A DNA stretch of 64,000 bases from Nitrosopumilus sp. (GTDB taxonomy: Archaea > Thermoproteota > Nitrososphaeria > Nitrososphaerales > Nitrosopumilaceae), in NCBI GenBank assembly GCA_965214775.1, contig OZ243974.1, positions 1,952,001 through 2,016,000 on the forward strand, given 5' to 3'. Made by a program: the position numbers and the translations under genes. Positions 1 to 10,727 of this stretch are shown here, one piece after another (position 1 is the first letter of the stretch; every line of letters begins with the position of its first letter). Under the pieces are notes generated by a model that saw only the letters and a program-made list of their open reading frames with translations, did no database searches and was not told the origin of the DNA.

Positions 1-116
1 ACCTGGAAAACGACGAGTGCCACGGCAGCAGGACGCTATCTGTATCGGATACTGCCCCCGACGGCTCTGCCGTCCGGACCCTTCTGACAAAGGAGATAAG
101 GTTCGTTGGCCAGTAG
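1..116 (+). CDS. 3' end of an upstream gene (partial)
   Basis: Frame open from base 3 to TAG at 114-116 and overlapping the next start, as in the rest of this tightly packed operon. Confidence 0.4.
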   Translation, partial: LENDECHGSRTLSVSDTAPDGSAVRTLLTKEIRFVGQ

Positions 117-2115
117 CAGGACTGCACAGCTGCTGGCGCTGGCACTCGGACTGACGGTACTGGCATTCCCCCTGGCGTACGGGGATGAGGAAGAGGACAT
201 GGTACGCCGGGTGCTTGCGATGCATGACAGGTGGGATCCGCAGGCAGAGCCAGGGGACAGGTACGTCTACCTGGTCTGCCAAAAGGCGGCAACATGCTAC
301 AATCTGGATCTTGTCGCCCTGGACGCATCTGGGGATACGGCAACATGGAACGCCACGGTAACTGACGTGCTGGGACACTACAAGTACGACGGTGACGGGA
401 CGGCATACAGGGGATTCGTGCCGGCAGGAGAGGTAGATGACGACATGTTCATGATATCATTCGAGGACACGTCAGATGTCCGCGAGCCGTTCCAGATAAT
501 GCACGACGGCAGGCTTCACTCCATACGGGAGACTCCGGGATTCCACACGAGTGCGGACATGCGCTCGATACAGGACACGCTGCTGTTCGTGGGCGGAAAC
601 GTGAGGATTGGCGACGGCGAGCGACTCCAGCACCGGCCCATACTTGAGACGGGGGAGGTCTGGACGCGCCAGGGATACCCCCGGATGATGGTAGACGGCA
701 CCAGCTCCTCGTATACCTTTGATGGAATGACGCACACGGGCAAGTTCTGGAGGCTCTCATACCATTCGGACGCAAAGACCGCCGACATCCTGCTCATGCC
801 GGAGCTCGTCTTTCCAGTATCGGTCACCATAACGGCAGACTATGACGAGATCAGAGACGATCCGGCGATAAGTCACGGGTTCTGGCTGCGGATGATCCAG
901 GGCCCGGGAATCGGCGAGGACGCGGGAGGACCGGCAGCAGAGAACCTGCAAAAGCCAGAAGCGCCAGATGCCGTCGTGACGGGACAGGACGACACGCCAC
1001 CTGCAGCAGGGACTCCGGGAGGGGGGACTTTCACTGATCCGGCAGACCATGCCATCATTGACGAGATTACCGGCATTCCGGAAATGATAGCAGACCTCAT
1101 ATCCGATCTGATTGCGCCTCCGGGCGGGCAGGACGGGACCGGTGGTGATGCGGTGAAAGAGGGCGTGGCGCCGACAAGGCAGCAACCGTCAGAGGCGTTC
1201 AGGACCGACAGGGAATTGTACGATCACGGTGACACCGTAACGTTATACGGAACAACAGACTCGCAGTCGCCGATACAGGTTACAGCATACTCCGCAGACG
1301 GGACCGGCGTGGCATCCTTTGTGGCGGAGCCGGACGGGTCGGGGCGGTGGTCGCTCGGAGTGGGGACGGGGACATGGGACGGAATCCACGGGCAGATTAC
1401 GGCCACGATGACGCAGGACTCGGACACGCACAGCATTACATTTGCGCTGGGGCCGCAGATAAAACTGTCTGTTGATGGCAGGGCTGTGACAGAGTGGGAG
1501 ATAGGGGAGAACTATGTCACCGCAGTCATGCTTGCAGGCAGCTCAGAGTCGGCGACGATAGCGTTTCCGCGCGCAGGCCTTGACAGCAGGACAGGCGGCG
1601 AGGACGCGGGGTTTGACGTCTTTGTCGACGGCAGGGCCGCAGAATACGTGGATGCCTCAGACGAGACGCACAGGATACTCGTGATATCCGGCCTTCCACG
1701 GGCAGAGCACCTGGTGGACATATTCCAGCTGGGGGCAGACGTGGCAGAGTGCGCAGGAGAGGCATCGTGCCTGTCGGGAACGGTGGCCGACGTCATCGAC
1801 GGCGACACAATAAGGATGCATGACGGGACAAGGATCAGGCTGGCACTGGTGTCGGCGCCGGAGATATTCGAGCCCGGCGGACAGGAGGCAAAGGAGGCGG
1901 TACTGGACGTATGCCCGCCGGGAGCCAGGGTCACGGTGGACGAGGACGACGGGCAGACATCCGGCAGCTATGGCAGAACCATAGGGGTCGTATACTGCGA
2001 GTCGATAAACCTCAACCGCCACCTGCTCTCGGGCCTTTACGCAAGGATAAGCCCGGAGTTCTGCGGGATAAGCGAGTTCTCCGGCACCGACTGGGCAGTC
2101 GCATACGGGTGCTGA
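106..2115 (+). CDS. Secreted multidomain protein with C-terminal thermonuclease (SNase) domain
   Basis: N-terminal signal peptide; C-terminal VIDGDT..RIRLALVSAPE..YGRTIGVVYC SNase motifs. Confidence 0.8.
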   Translation: MASSRTAQLLALALGLTVLAFPLAYGDEEEDMVRRVLAMHDRWDPQAEPGDRYVYLVCQKAATCYNLDLVALDASGDTATWNATVTDVLGHYKYDGDGTAYRGFVPAGEVDDDMFMISFEDTSDVREPFQIMHDGRLHSIRETPGFHTSADMRSIQDTLLFVGGNVRIGDGERLQHRPILETGEVWTRQGYPRMMVDGTSSSYTFDGMTHTGKFWRLSYHSDAKTADILLMPELVFPVSVTITADYDEIRDDPAISHGFWLRMIQGPGIGEDAGGPAAENLQKPEAPDAVVTGQDDTPPAAGTPGGGTFTDPADHAIIDEITGIPEMIADLISDLIAPPGGQDGTGGDAVKEGVAPTRQQPSEAFRTDRELYDHGDTVTLYGTTDSQSPIQVTAYSADGTGVASFVAEPDGSGRWSLGVGTGTWDGIHGQITATMTQDSDTHSITFALGPQIKLSVDGRAVTEWEIGENYVTAVMLAGSSESATIAFPRAGLDSRTGGEDAGFDVFVDGRAAEYVDASDETHRILVISGLPRAEHLVDIFQLGADVAECAGEASCLSGTVADVIDGDTIRMHDGTRIRLALVSAPEIFEPGGQEAKEAVLDVCPPGARVTVDEDDGQTSGSYGRTIGVVYCESINLNRHLLSGLYARISPEFCGISEFSGTDWAVAYGC

Positions 2116-2117
2116 CG

Positions 2118-3530
2118 ATGGCAAGAAAGTGGTTTGAGCTAAAGCCGTTTCAGACAGACTCGGACTCGGCATCTGTCGAGAACCTGGACCGCATAATCGA
2201 CCACCTGGACAAGATGCTGCTGGTCATATACAGGGACGCAGAAGGCACGGTCCGGATATATGTCAGGACGGACGACTCGTACTCGGCGGTGCTCACCACT
2301 CTTGAGGGAATAGAGGCAGTTGCCACGCAGGACAACCTGGGGCCCGACATGGGCGGGCTGCATTACACAAAGTATGCAATGAAGCGACACTGTGCCAACC
2401 CCATATCCCCAAAGACGATGGTCAGCGCCTCCATATACAGGATAATCACAAAGACCTCGGGGCGGGCGTTTCTGGCAGTGTATCTGCGGAGGACGCAGAC
2501 CCCGATGCAGATAAAGCAGTACATCTCGATGCTTGATGCGGGCCAGAATCCAGAGTCGATGTTTCACGGGGTGCTCACGGGCCCGCACGGTATATTTGGC
2601 GGGGAGGCAGGCAAGAAGACCGCCCTCAAGATGCAGAAGATGGCGCTTGCGCGCGAAAAGATCGCGACCAGGAACCTCTTCATGTGCAGAATCATAACCG
2701 GCGTCAGCACCAAAAGGGACGAAAAGACGCTGCGCTCGGTGTTTCCTACGGGCGCGCTGGCAGGAAAGAGCATGGGCGAGAAGGGCCTGGAGGCTGCAAT
2801 ATCGGGGAACATCTCCCAGCCGTTCTTCGGGGGGAACCGCTCGGTCATACTCAACGACGAGGAGCTTCACTCGTTTCTGTCAATGCCGTCAAACAGGGAC
2901 ATTGACACCGTGGAGTTTGATCAGGGGCGCATGCCAAGCTCCTCCTCCGGGCTTGTCGAGGGGACGGTGCCCATCCCGGGCGCCGGGGCAGTCGGGGAGC
3001 CGCCGGCAGAACCTGCCAGTCATAAGAAAAAGGCGGCAGGAGGGCTGTTCGGATTCCTGAGAAAAAAGGCGGCAGAGGACGTGCCAATACTCCAGGAGTC
3101 AAGCGAGATAAGCTGCAAGCTGGTAGGAGGAGGAGAAGGAGAAGCGTCAGGCGACAACATCTCAGAACAGAAAAACTGGGATGGGGATCCTACAGATGAG
3201 ACCGTTTCCGGAGATGGCAGCCTGCAGGCAGAACAGGATGACTCTTCTGGCAGAGCAGGAACCGTGGATGCACGGCCGGCGGCAAGTCCGGACGCAGACA
3301 AAGGGATGCCGTTGAGCGAACCCGAGCCGGCGGCAAGTCCGGACGCAGACAACAGTGACGGGGTGACGTTTGCAGACGGCCTGATGACGGGGGAAGAAGA
3401 TACACGGAACTCCGATGCAGAGACCAAAGCCGTCATAATCAGGATTTCGGGCCAGGACGCGCACGAGTTTGTCGCAAGCATCATAATGACGGCAAAAAAG
3501 TACAGAGTCAGCCTGAGCTGCGACCGGTGA
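2118..3530 (+). CDS. Hypothetical protein, possibly a partner of the VirD4-like ATPase; acidic low-complexity tail
   Basis: ATG at 2118 just after the previous stop; ILNDEELHSFLSMP motif; PAASPDAD repeated twice. Confidence 0.6.
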   Translation: MARKWFELKPFQTDSDSASVENLDRIIDHLDKMLLVIYRDAEGTVRIYVRTDDSYSAVLTTLEGIEAVATQDNLGPDMGGLHYTKYAMKRHCANPISPKTMVSASIYRIITKTSGRAFLAVYLRRTQTPMQIKQYISMLDAGQNPESMFHGVLTGPHGIFGGEAGKKTALKMQKMALAREKIATRNLFMCRIITGVSTKRDEKTLRSVFPTGALAGKSMGEKGLEAAISGNISQPFFGGNRSVILNDEELHSFLSMPSNRDIDTVEFDQGRMPSSSSGLVEGTVPIPGAGAVGEPPAEPASHKKKAAGGLFGFLRKKAAEDVPILQESSEISCKLVGGGEGEASGDNISEQKNWDGDPTDETVSGDGSLQAEQDDSSGRAGTVDARPAASPDADKGMPLSEPEPAASPDADNSDGVTFADGLMTGEEDTRNSDAETKAVIIRISGQDAHEFVASIIMTAKKYRVSLSCDR

Positions 3531-3606
3531 GACGGGCCTCCCCGGCACCGCAAAGGCAGGATCAGATTTAAGGCCTCCCTTTTATTCTGAGGGTTGTTTT
3601 TCAGGC

Positions 3607-3918
3607 ATGATAGTGCTCGTTATAGTGGCGATGGTAATCATATTTCTGGCCATAGGGTCTGCCGGAAACTACTTTTTGCACCGCGATGACGTCGCCCAGA
3701 CAAGGGAGGAGTCTGCCGAGACCATAAACGAACGCATGAGGGAGGACATCACGGCGTCCCTTGACACCGGAGGAAACATCGTCATAGACGACAGGTGGGA
3801 CGGTGGCAGCGAGATCCAGGGCATAATGATCCGCTGCGACAACGGGACGATGTTCACGGCGCCTGCCGGCCAGGACAATACGAAGGTGATGGAGGAGCTG
3901 TCGCTGAAATGCGGATAA
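3607..3918 (+). CDS. Small pilin-like membrane protein
   Basis: N-terminal hydrophobic helix followed by an amphipathic helix and short beta region; sits in a pilus gene cluster. Confidence 0.55.
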   Translation: MIVLVIVAMVIIFLAIGSAGNYFLHRDDVAQTREESAETINERMREDITASLDTGGNIVIDDRWDGGSEIQGIMIRCDNGTMFTAPAGQDNTKVMEELSLKCG

Positions 3919-6900
3919 TACATGCATTACTGGCCGCAGTCCTGATCACCGCATCATCCCCGCCGCTCGTCCACGCCCAGCTGGGAGGAGACGACCAGCT
4001 GCCGCTATCGCCGGACGGCGTGTTCTCGCTGCATGTACCGCACGTGATGATCGCCGACTCCCAGTACGAGGGAATGGTGCTTCTTGAGAGCCCGCGCGAC
4101 TCGGACTATGTGATAAACCTGGCATCAGACAGCAGGAACGTCAGGATTCCGCAGTCCATAACGATACCTGCAGGCCAGAACCACGCCATATTCGGGATAG
4201 AGGCTGACGCCCCCTACGACGGGGCCGCACTGGTGCACGGGGTGACATCCGAGTACTCTGCCGTGGCCGATACCAGACTCTACTCGATATCAGAGAGCCC
4301 GACGTCGATACTTCTCGTGGCCCCGGGGGTCGGGCCGGCAGTCGGAGCGGCGCAGGGGCCGAACCCAGGCACGCTGCGTACCTCGGCAGAGATTGTACCG
4401 ATGAAGGTGGTCCTGGCAAACAACTACGGGCTGCCGATCCGGGTAGAGGCAGACACAAGGGTGACGCTTACCTCGTCGGCAGGGGTAGAGTTCTCCTCAA
4501 GCTATACGGGCTTCGAGCAGAGCCACGAGATAACGATTCCTGCCGGCGAGTTCATGGCAGACATCAAGGCAAGGGTGTACGGGGACGGCACGGCGTACGC
4601 GGTATCCGACTCGCTCCTTCCAGCGGCGCTGCCTGTCAACTATGTCAGGGAGGAGCCCCGGCTCAACCTGCAGGTTGCCCCGGTACCGGCCGCCTCAGGA
4701 TCGGCTGCGAGGTACTTTGTGTGGATAGAGCTTGCCGGAAGCCTGTACATTCCTACCGAGACAGTGTTCGTGACTCTCACGTCGGGGAGCAATGACCACC
4801 TGGTGTTTAATCCGAGCGATTTTAACGCTGCCGGCTCCGGAAGCACGGCGCACGTGGTGATATCTCCGGGGAGGGAGGTGGCAAGCGGACTCGTATACGC
4901 AGGCGATCCAACGGAGGAGGACACGCTGGTATCTGTCACTGCCACCTCAGAGTCAATCGAGTCAGCAACAGAGCTTGTGGCAATAGCAGAGTTGGAAGGC
5001 GGAGGTACATTCACGCAGTCAAGCCGGCCGGCAGTGGATCATGTGGACGCAATATGCCTCTGGGTCAACCCCCTGAGCCCATCCAGGTCGGGGTGGATAA
5101 CTGCCGGGCTGTTTTATACGAACAGCACCACGGGGCTGGACTTTCAGTGCTACCAGGAGCACGAGGAGGTGAACGCAGAAGACGAGATAATTCCGGTAAG
5201 GCTCATAGATAGCGGGCTTGAGGAGCACGACATAGTGGGCCTCATCGAGCACACGCAGGGAATATCAATTGAAAGAAGGCCGGCAACAGTCCAGGCAAAC
5301 ACGTATCCTGCAACGTCTGCGGACTTTGAGTTCCGTGTCCTTGACTATGGCGCGCAGTCGGCATCAGCCGGCCTCGGGGGGGACGGGGGGGCGGCCCGGT
5401 TCACCACGGCACCCCCGTACGGCACGGACAACAGGATAACGCTGTCGGCCATACCCATCATCCAGGGCGCGCACGGCGACATTGCATACGTGTACGTCGA
5501 GAACATATCGCTTGCATCGGTATCAGACGGCTCGCTGGCAGACACGGACAGCGTCCTGGTGACCGAGTTTGGCGACTCGATTCTGGATCTGTCGGTAAGC
5601 CCGCTGTGGACGGGCAGCACAAGCACGGTCCGGGGAACGTACGTCGGCGACTCTGAGGTGCTGATAACGGCGGTTGGAACCGGCGTGATGTCGGCAGAAC
5701 CCCTGGCGTACTCTGTGTTCGGCACAAGCCGGACCATAGACGTGTGGATGCCGAACATGGTAAACACCGACTCCGAGTTTCCGGTGTCCATCCACGCCAT
5801 GAACGACGCGGGTGTTCCCGTGGCCAAGATACCTGCCGGTGCCGTAAGGATATCGACTGCCGACGGGGAGATCTCGATCCGTGATCACGACAGGCAGCAC
5901 ACGATCATCAGGGGGACGATAGGCATGGACGGCGCAGGATACATGAGCGTCATCTCGGATGACGGGCACATAACCGAGTTCGGGTTCTCAAGCTTCTCAA
6001 ACGCGGCAGATGACGTCAGCGTGGAGTCGCTCTCCCCGGACGTGATACAGCTGGGCAGCGAGATATTCCTGGATCTGCTTACGGGCTCGATGACGAATCC
6101 CGACATATCAATACTGTCGGATCTTGACTTTGTGAGGGACGCGGACACCGGCAAGTATGCAGCCAGGCCGGACAGGCCGGGAACGTACACTGCCACCATC
6201 CTCGTCGACAAGGACGGGTGGGAGAGGCATGCCACAGATCTGAAATGGGAGGTAGAGCACATGGTAGAGGTGACGTTTCAGACGGTCACCGACGACGGCG
6301 TGGGCCTTGATCTTGACATGACCATAGTGTCTGCCAAGGGAGAGGAGACCACGGTGCCGAGCGGCGTTTACGGGAACACGAGGGCAGGCGTCAACACTGT
6401 AAGCATACCACTCCAGCACAGCTTCGGAGCAGACCGCACGTACAACCTAAAGGAGATGCGCGCAAACGGGGAGGAAATCCAGACGCTTGGAAGCGGGACG
6501 GTGCAGATAACAGAAGATACCGTATTCACGGCAATATACCAGCGCGAGATAGAGGTCAGCTTTGTGCCGTTCATAGACACGGATTCGGATGCGGCCATTG
6601 ACGCAGAGATAGACGGCAACGGGGTCTACAGGTACGGCGATGCGGTACGGCTGACTGCGCCGCCGGTGCCAGAATGGTTCGGGCTGGTGTGGCACGTTCC
6701 CGACAGGTGGGTCACCGACGACATTGACGCAAGAGGCGACGGCGGAAGCATGAGGTTTGAGGCGGTCACCTCGGTATCGGGACATGTAGAGTACTCCAGG
6801 AACCACACGGCGCTCATGGCGCTCATAGTGTCGGCCACGACTGTTCCGGTCATTCTGATATGGAAAAAGTCGCCAGAGACGTTCCTTGACATCAGGGACT

Positions 6901-7028
6901 TTGTCGTAAGGGCGCGCCGGAGCCTTGCTGCAAAAAAGAGGAAGCCAAAGGCAGGGCGACAAGAGAAGAAGGGGGAGAAAAAGGCATCAATACTGTCAAG
7001 GATGCCGTTTGGGAGGCGATCAAAGTGA
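3909..7028 (+). CDS. Large cell-surface protein (signal peptide, beta-rich Ig-like segments, C-terminal TM anchor)
   Basis: MRIIHALLAAVLITA signal from ATG 3909; TM segment ALMALIVSATTVPVILIW followed by a basic tail. Confidence 0.75.
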   Translation: MRIIHALLAAVLITASSPPLVHAQLGGDDQLPLSPDGVFSLHVPHVMIADSQYEGMVLLESPRDSDYVINLASDSRNVRIPQSITIPAGQNHAIFGIEADAPYDGAALVHGVTSEYSAVADTRLYSISESPTSILLVAPGVGPAVGAAQGPNPGTLRTSAEIVPMKVVLANNYGLPIRVEADTRVTLTSSAGVEFSSSYTGFEQSHEITIPAGEFMADIKARVYGDGTAYAVSDSLLPAALPVNYVREEPRLNLQVAPVPAASGSAARYFVWIELAGSLYIPTETVFVTLTSGSNDHLVFNPSDFNAAGSGSTAHVVISPGREVASGLVYAGDPTEEDTLVSVTATSESIESATELVAIAELEGGGTFTQSSRPAVDHVDAICLWVNPLSPSRSGWITAGLFYTNSTTGLDFQCYQEHEEVNAEDEIIPVRLIDSGLEEHDIVGLIEHTQGISIERRPATVQANTYPATSADFEFRVLDYGAQSASAGLGGDGGAARFTTAPPYGTDNRITLSAIPIIQGAHGDIAYVYVENISLASVSDGSLADTDSVLVTEFGDSILDLSVSPLWTGSTSTVRGTYVGDSEVLITAVGTGVMSAEPLAYSVFGTSRTIDVWMPNMVNTDSEFPVSIHAMNDAGVPVAKIPAGAVRISTADGEISIRDHDRQHTIIRGTIGMDGAGYMSVISDDGHITEFGFSSFSNAADDVSVESLSPDVIQLGSEIFLDLLTGSMTNPDISILSDLDFVRDADTGKYAARPDRPGTYTATILVDKDGWERHATDLKWEVEHMVEVTFQTVTDDGVGLDLDMTIVSAKGEETTVPSGVYGNTRAGVNTVSIPLQHSFGADRTYNLKEMRANGEEIQTLGSGTVQITEDTVFTAIYQREIEVSFVPFIDTDSDAAIDAEIDGNGVYRYGDAVRLTAPPVPEWFGLVWHVPDRWVTDDIDARGDGGSMRFEAVTSVSGHVEYSRNHTALMALIVSATTVPVILIWKKSPETFLDIRDFVVRARRSLAAKKRKPKAGRQEKKGEKKASILSRMPFGRRSK

Positions 7029-8887
7029 CTGTCATGGCAGTAGTAGCAGTAGTGGTGACAGCCGTCCTGCTGTGCGCTGCCGCGTCCCTTGCATTGCCTG
7101 CCGCATACGCCTCGTGCCAGAGCATAGAGGAGTGCAAGTATGTCAACCTGTTCGGAGAGCGCAAGGCCGAGCTGTTCCTGCCACAGGAGACCATCATACT
7201 GACAGGCGGCACGCATCACATCCTCATAGCAGGAACCGTCCCGGAGGGGGTCTCCGGGGTTCCCGTGACAATCGAGATTGAGGCCCCGGACGGCACCGTC
7301 GCGACCTCGGCGGTCCGCGCAACGACAGACGGCGTGTTTCAGCTGCTTCACGGCATCGAGTCCACGCGACACATGGCAGGCATACATGCGGTATACGTCT
7401 CGTACATCACAGGCGAGGACATCGAGACAAGTCTAAAGTCGGGCATATTCAACACCGTGCTGCAGGGGAAGGCAGATCACACCGTAATAATACTGGACGG
7501 ATCAAGCGGGTGCCAGAAGGACGACTCGTGCTATATAGACGGCGACCTGAAGGTGACGGCAGGGCAGACAGTCCAGTGGATAAACGAGAGCGGCCAGGCC
7601 CACAAGATACGGGCGGCGGCAGTAGGAACGGCAGGCGGGCCCATATCTGCAGTCGAATCGTCTGATACCGGGGGATTCTTTGACACGGGCATAATACCGC
7701 CGGGAGGCGATGCCATACTGGAATTTGACGGAGAAAGCATGCGGGGGATATACTCGTGCATGTTCCATCCGTGGATGGAGGCCACCATAAGCGTCACAAA
7801 GCCGGCCGAAAAGGCAGTCTCCATAACCCCCGATACGGTGGTGGACCTCAAGGAGGACGGGCCGTCTGCGACGTCAGTCAGGGGAAGCGTCCTGTTTGAG
7901 GGCGGCACCGCATATCATACGTCGGGGGACAGGATCGAGATTGACATAATATACGCCGGATTCTCCACGCGCGGCTCGCAGGTATCGCTGTCCTCTCCGG
8001 ACGGGTCCGAAATTACCGACAGGTTTGTCGCAAGCGAGGGGAAAAAGTCATCGTGGAGCATGATAACGCAGCCGACATGGGAGCCGGGGAAATACACGCT
8101 AAACGTAGATCCCCGGGGCAGCGTTCCCCGGACGCAGCTGACACTCCACATCGGACAGCACGAGTCCATCCGGTGCGAGGGCATACCTGCAGGAAACCTG
8201 ACTGCCCACGGGCCAAAGAACTCCCCGTGCTATGCGTCCACAGTAGGCAGGGTGGTGGATCATGACACCCTGACCATAGGCGGCAAGAAGGTGACGCTGG
8301 AGGCAGTCAGGATAACTGCCGGCAATTCCACCGAAAAAAGGAATGCAATGGATACGATTGCAGGAATCTGCCAGGAGGGCAGCATAGTGGTGGTGGATGC
8401 CGGAAACGGCATCATTCCGTCAAGGAACAGCAGGACGGTCACCGGTGCCGTATACTGTGAGGAGAACCCAAGGACTCTCAACGAGCAGATGATGGATGCC
8501 GGCATCGCATCACTTGACATGAAGGCGTGCGAGACGACGGAGTTTGCGTGGGGCAGGTGTCCTCCGCCTCCCCTTTCTCCGGAAGAAACTGCAAAAGACC
8601 GCAATGCCGCAAATGACGAAAACCCGGGCTCCCTGGACAACTGCATGATAGCGCTTGCCACTCGCGGCACGCCGCTTGCAGAGAGCGTGCAGCTGCTGCG
8701 GGAGTACCGGCAGGAGGCCGCATCCACGGTCTACGGGGCGGCCCTGGTGGATGCGGCCCATGCGGCATACTATGTCGTATCCCCGTCGATCACAGAAGCC
8801 ATAAGGGGAGGATACATCCCAGGCGAGGCGGCATATGCGGCAGTATACGTGCCTGTCCTGGTAGGTGGTGCGCTTGCTGCGCGGTGA
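7025..8887 (+). CDS. Surface protein with cupredoxin domain, degenerate SNase domain and CFI-box-CTERM-like tail
   Basis: GQTVQWIN..H..YSCMFHPWM type-1 copper motif; VVDHDT SNase-like segment; CMIALATRGTPLAESVQLLREYR tail. Confidence 0.75.
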   Translation: MTVMAVVAVVVTAVLLCAAASLALPAAYASCQSIEECKYVNLFGERKAELFLPQETIILTGGTHHILIAGTVPEGVSGVPVTIEIEAPDGTVATSAVRATTDGVFQLLHGIESTRHMAGIHAVYVSYITGEDIETSLKSGIFNTVLQGKADHTVIILDGSSGCQKDDSCYIDGDLKVTAGQTVQWINESGQAHKIRAAAVGTAGGPISAVESSDTGGFFDTGIIPPGGDAILEFDGESMRGIYSCMFHPWMEATISVTKPAEKAVSITPDTVVDLKEDGPSATSVRGSVLFEGGTAYHTSGDRIEIDIIYAGFSTRGSQVSLSSPDGSEITDRFVASEGKKSSWSMITQPTWEPGKYTLNVDPRGSVPRTQLTLHIGQHESIRCEGIPAGNLTAHGPKNSPCYASTVGRVVDHDTLTIGGKKVTLEAVRITAGNSTEKRNAMDTIAGICQEGSIVVVDAGNGIIPSRNSRTVTGAVYCEENPRTLNEQMMDAGIASLDMKACETTEFAWGRCPPPPLSPEETAKDRNAANDENPGSLDNCMIALATRGTPLAESVQLLREYRQEAASTVYGAALVDAAHAAYYVVSPSITEAIRGGYIPGEAAYAAVYVPVLVGGALAAR

Positions 8888-10727
8888 CCCGAAGAGGCCG
8901 GCACCCAATACGCGCCTGTGCATATCTGCAGGATTCATAGCGACGCTGGCACTTGTCACGGCGCTATCTGAGGGCACAGGCGAGGACGTCATGCTTGCCG
9001 GATTCCTTGCCGTCTGTGCCGTCGTCCCGCTGCTGATACCTAGAAGAAAGAGGACATACGCGTCCTCTGACGGGACCGTAAGGGCCAGAGCGCCGACATC
9101 GTGGTCAGTATGGACCGTATTCATAATCATGGAAAAGCACATGCCCGCACTCAAGCGGCTCCGGCTCCACAACGAGCGCATGCTGGCCCGCATAGTCCCT
9201 GCCACCGGCACCACGTTTGACATAGAGCGCGCAGCGACCGTTTCCACCAGGCTCTCGCTGCTGCTGATACTGCCGTCGGCAGTCCTCGGTGCCATGGCCG
9301 GCATGCACATCCACTTTGCGTTTTATGGCGCAGCGGCAGTCCCGCTGGTCACGTTCTTTGTCCCCCTTGTCCAGCTGCGCTTTTCTGTTCTTGAGCGCAA
9401 GACCCGCATCGAGGAGGAGACGGCGTACTTTCTGTGCTTTGTCAATACAGTCCAGACGGTAGGCATGTCGCTGTACATGGCATTTGACTCGATACGGGGC
9501 AAGGGGATATTTCCCGGGATAGAGCGCGACGCGCACGAGATAGTAAAGCGCGTGGAGATGCTCGGCATGACGCAGAACGACTCCCTTGACGTGTACGCAA
9601 AGAATCATCCGTCACCGTCCTTTGCGGCGTTCGTATCCGGATACCTCTCCAAGATCGCCTCTGTCGGAGACGTTCCGGCGTATACGGAGTCCAAGGCAAA
9701 GTTCTTCTTCAACGAGTATATTGCCTCGTGGGAGCGATACGAGAAGAGCGCCCAGGAGATATTCAGCGCCGTAATCATGATCGCCATACTGCTCCCGATG
9801 ATGATGGCCTTCAACTCGATTGTCGGGACGGGATCCTCGTCGGGCCTCATGATAATGCTGGGAATCATCGTCTCACCCGTGGTCTCGGTAGTCATGATCT
9901 CCATGCTGAACTCGTCGCAGCCTGCAACGGGCAACATGCTGGCGGTCTCGTATCCCTCGATCGCCGCAGGTGCCGGCATAGGGCTCACGCTTGCAGTCGC
10001 CGGAGTGAGCATCCCGACGGTCATAGGACTGTCGGCCTTTGTAGGGGCCCTTCTCAACGCCATATTCACGAGGGGCAGGATGATGGAGATAACGAGGATA
10101 GACGACATGATGCCCGAGTTCATGCAGGACGTGACCGAGCAGAGCAGGGTAGGCAGCAACGTAAACCAGATAGTGCTGTACCAGTCGGGAAAGGGCCTGT
10201 ACGCCAGGCAGTTTGAGGAGATACTGGGGCGGCTGGCGGCCGGAATACGGAGCGGGATGAGGATGGAGGAGGCATCAAGGAAGATACGCACAAAGTCCGT
10301 CAACCTGAGGTTCATACTGTTCCTGCTGTCGCACGTCCAGTCTACCGGAGGCGGATCATCTGAGATATTCCTTGCAATCACGGACTTTATCACAAAAATA
10401 CAGCAGACCAAGATCAAGATATCAAAGGGGCTGGGGATGCTCACGATTATAGTGTATGCTTCCCCGTTCATCATGTTTGGCATATCGCAGGTCATGATCA
10501 CCATGTTCTCTGACGCAGGCTCTGCCCCCATCGGCATGACAGTCGACTCTGACATCCCGTCTGCCTTTGGCTCCGTAAGCGACGATGTAAAAAACGGCAT
10601 ACAGCTGATGACTGTCATGACCACGATACCGATGGGGGTGGTTGCCGCAAAGATCTCAAGGTATGAGGTCACCTATTCCCCCACATTAGGTCAAATATTG
10701 ATGACGATGCCGATCCTTATACCATGA
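8865..10727 (+). CDS. Type II/IV secretion system F-family membrane platform protein (TadC/ArlJ-like), 3' end interrupted by IS66
   Basis: Two cytoplasmic T2SSF-like domains (IEEETAYFL..; IDDMMPEFMQDV..) between TM segments. Native C-terminus is displaced to 12305-12407. Confidence 0.8.
   Translation: MVRLLRGDPKRPAPNTRLCISAGFIATLALVTALSEGTGEDVMLAGFLAVCAVVPLLIPRRKRTYASSDGTVRARAPTSWSVWTVFIIMEKHMPALKRLRLHNERMLARIVPATGTTFDIERAATVSTRLSLLLILPSAVLGAMAGMHIHFAFYGAAAVPLVTFFVPLVQLRFSVLERKTRIEEETAYFLCFVNTVQTVGMSLYMAFDSIRGKGIFPGIERDAHEIVKRVEMLGMTQNDSLDVYAKNHPSPSFAAFVSGYLSKIASVGDVPAYTESKAKFFFNEYIASWERYEKSAQEIFSAVIMIAILLPMMMAFNSIVGTGSSSGLMIMLGIIVSPVVSVVMISMLNSSQPATGNMLAVSYPSIAAGAGIGLTLAVAGVSIPTVIGLSAFVGALLNAIFTRGRMMEITRIDDMMPEFMQDVTEQSRVGSNVNQIVLYQSGKGLYARQFEEILGRLAAGIRSGMRMEEASRKIRTKSVNLRFILFLLSHVQSTGGGSSEIFLAITDFITKIQQTKIKISKGLGMLTIIVYASPFIMFGISQVMITMFSDAGSAPIGMTVDSDIPSAFGSVSDDVKNGIQLMTVMTTIPMGVVAAKISRYEVTYSPTLGQILMTMPILIP

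Noticed and set aside
1911-2117. Extended N-terminus of the 539-aa ORF (and similar extensions at 3795, 15238, 35893, 49147, 55327, 62736)
   Set aside because: They overlap neighbouring genes or IS ends; downstream ATGs fit operon packing or known N-termini better
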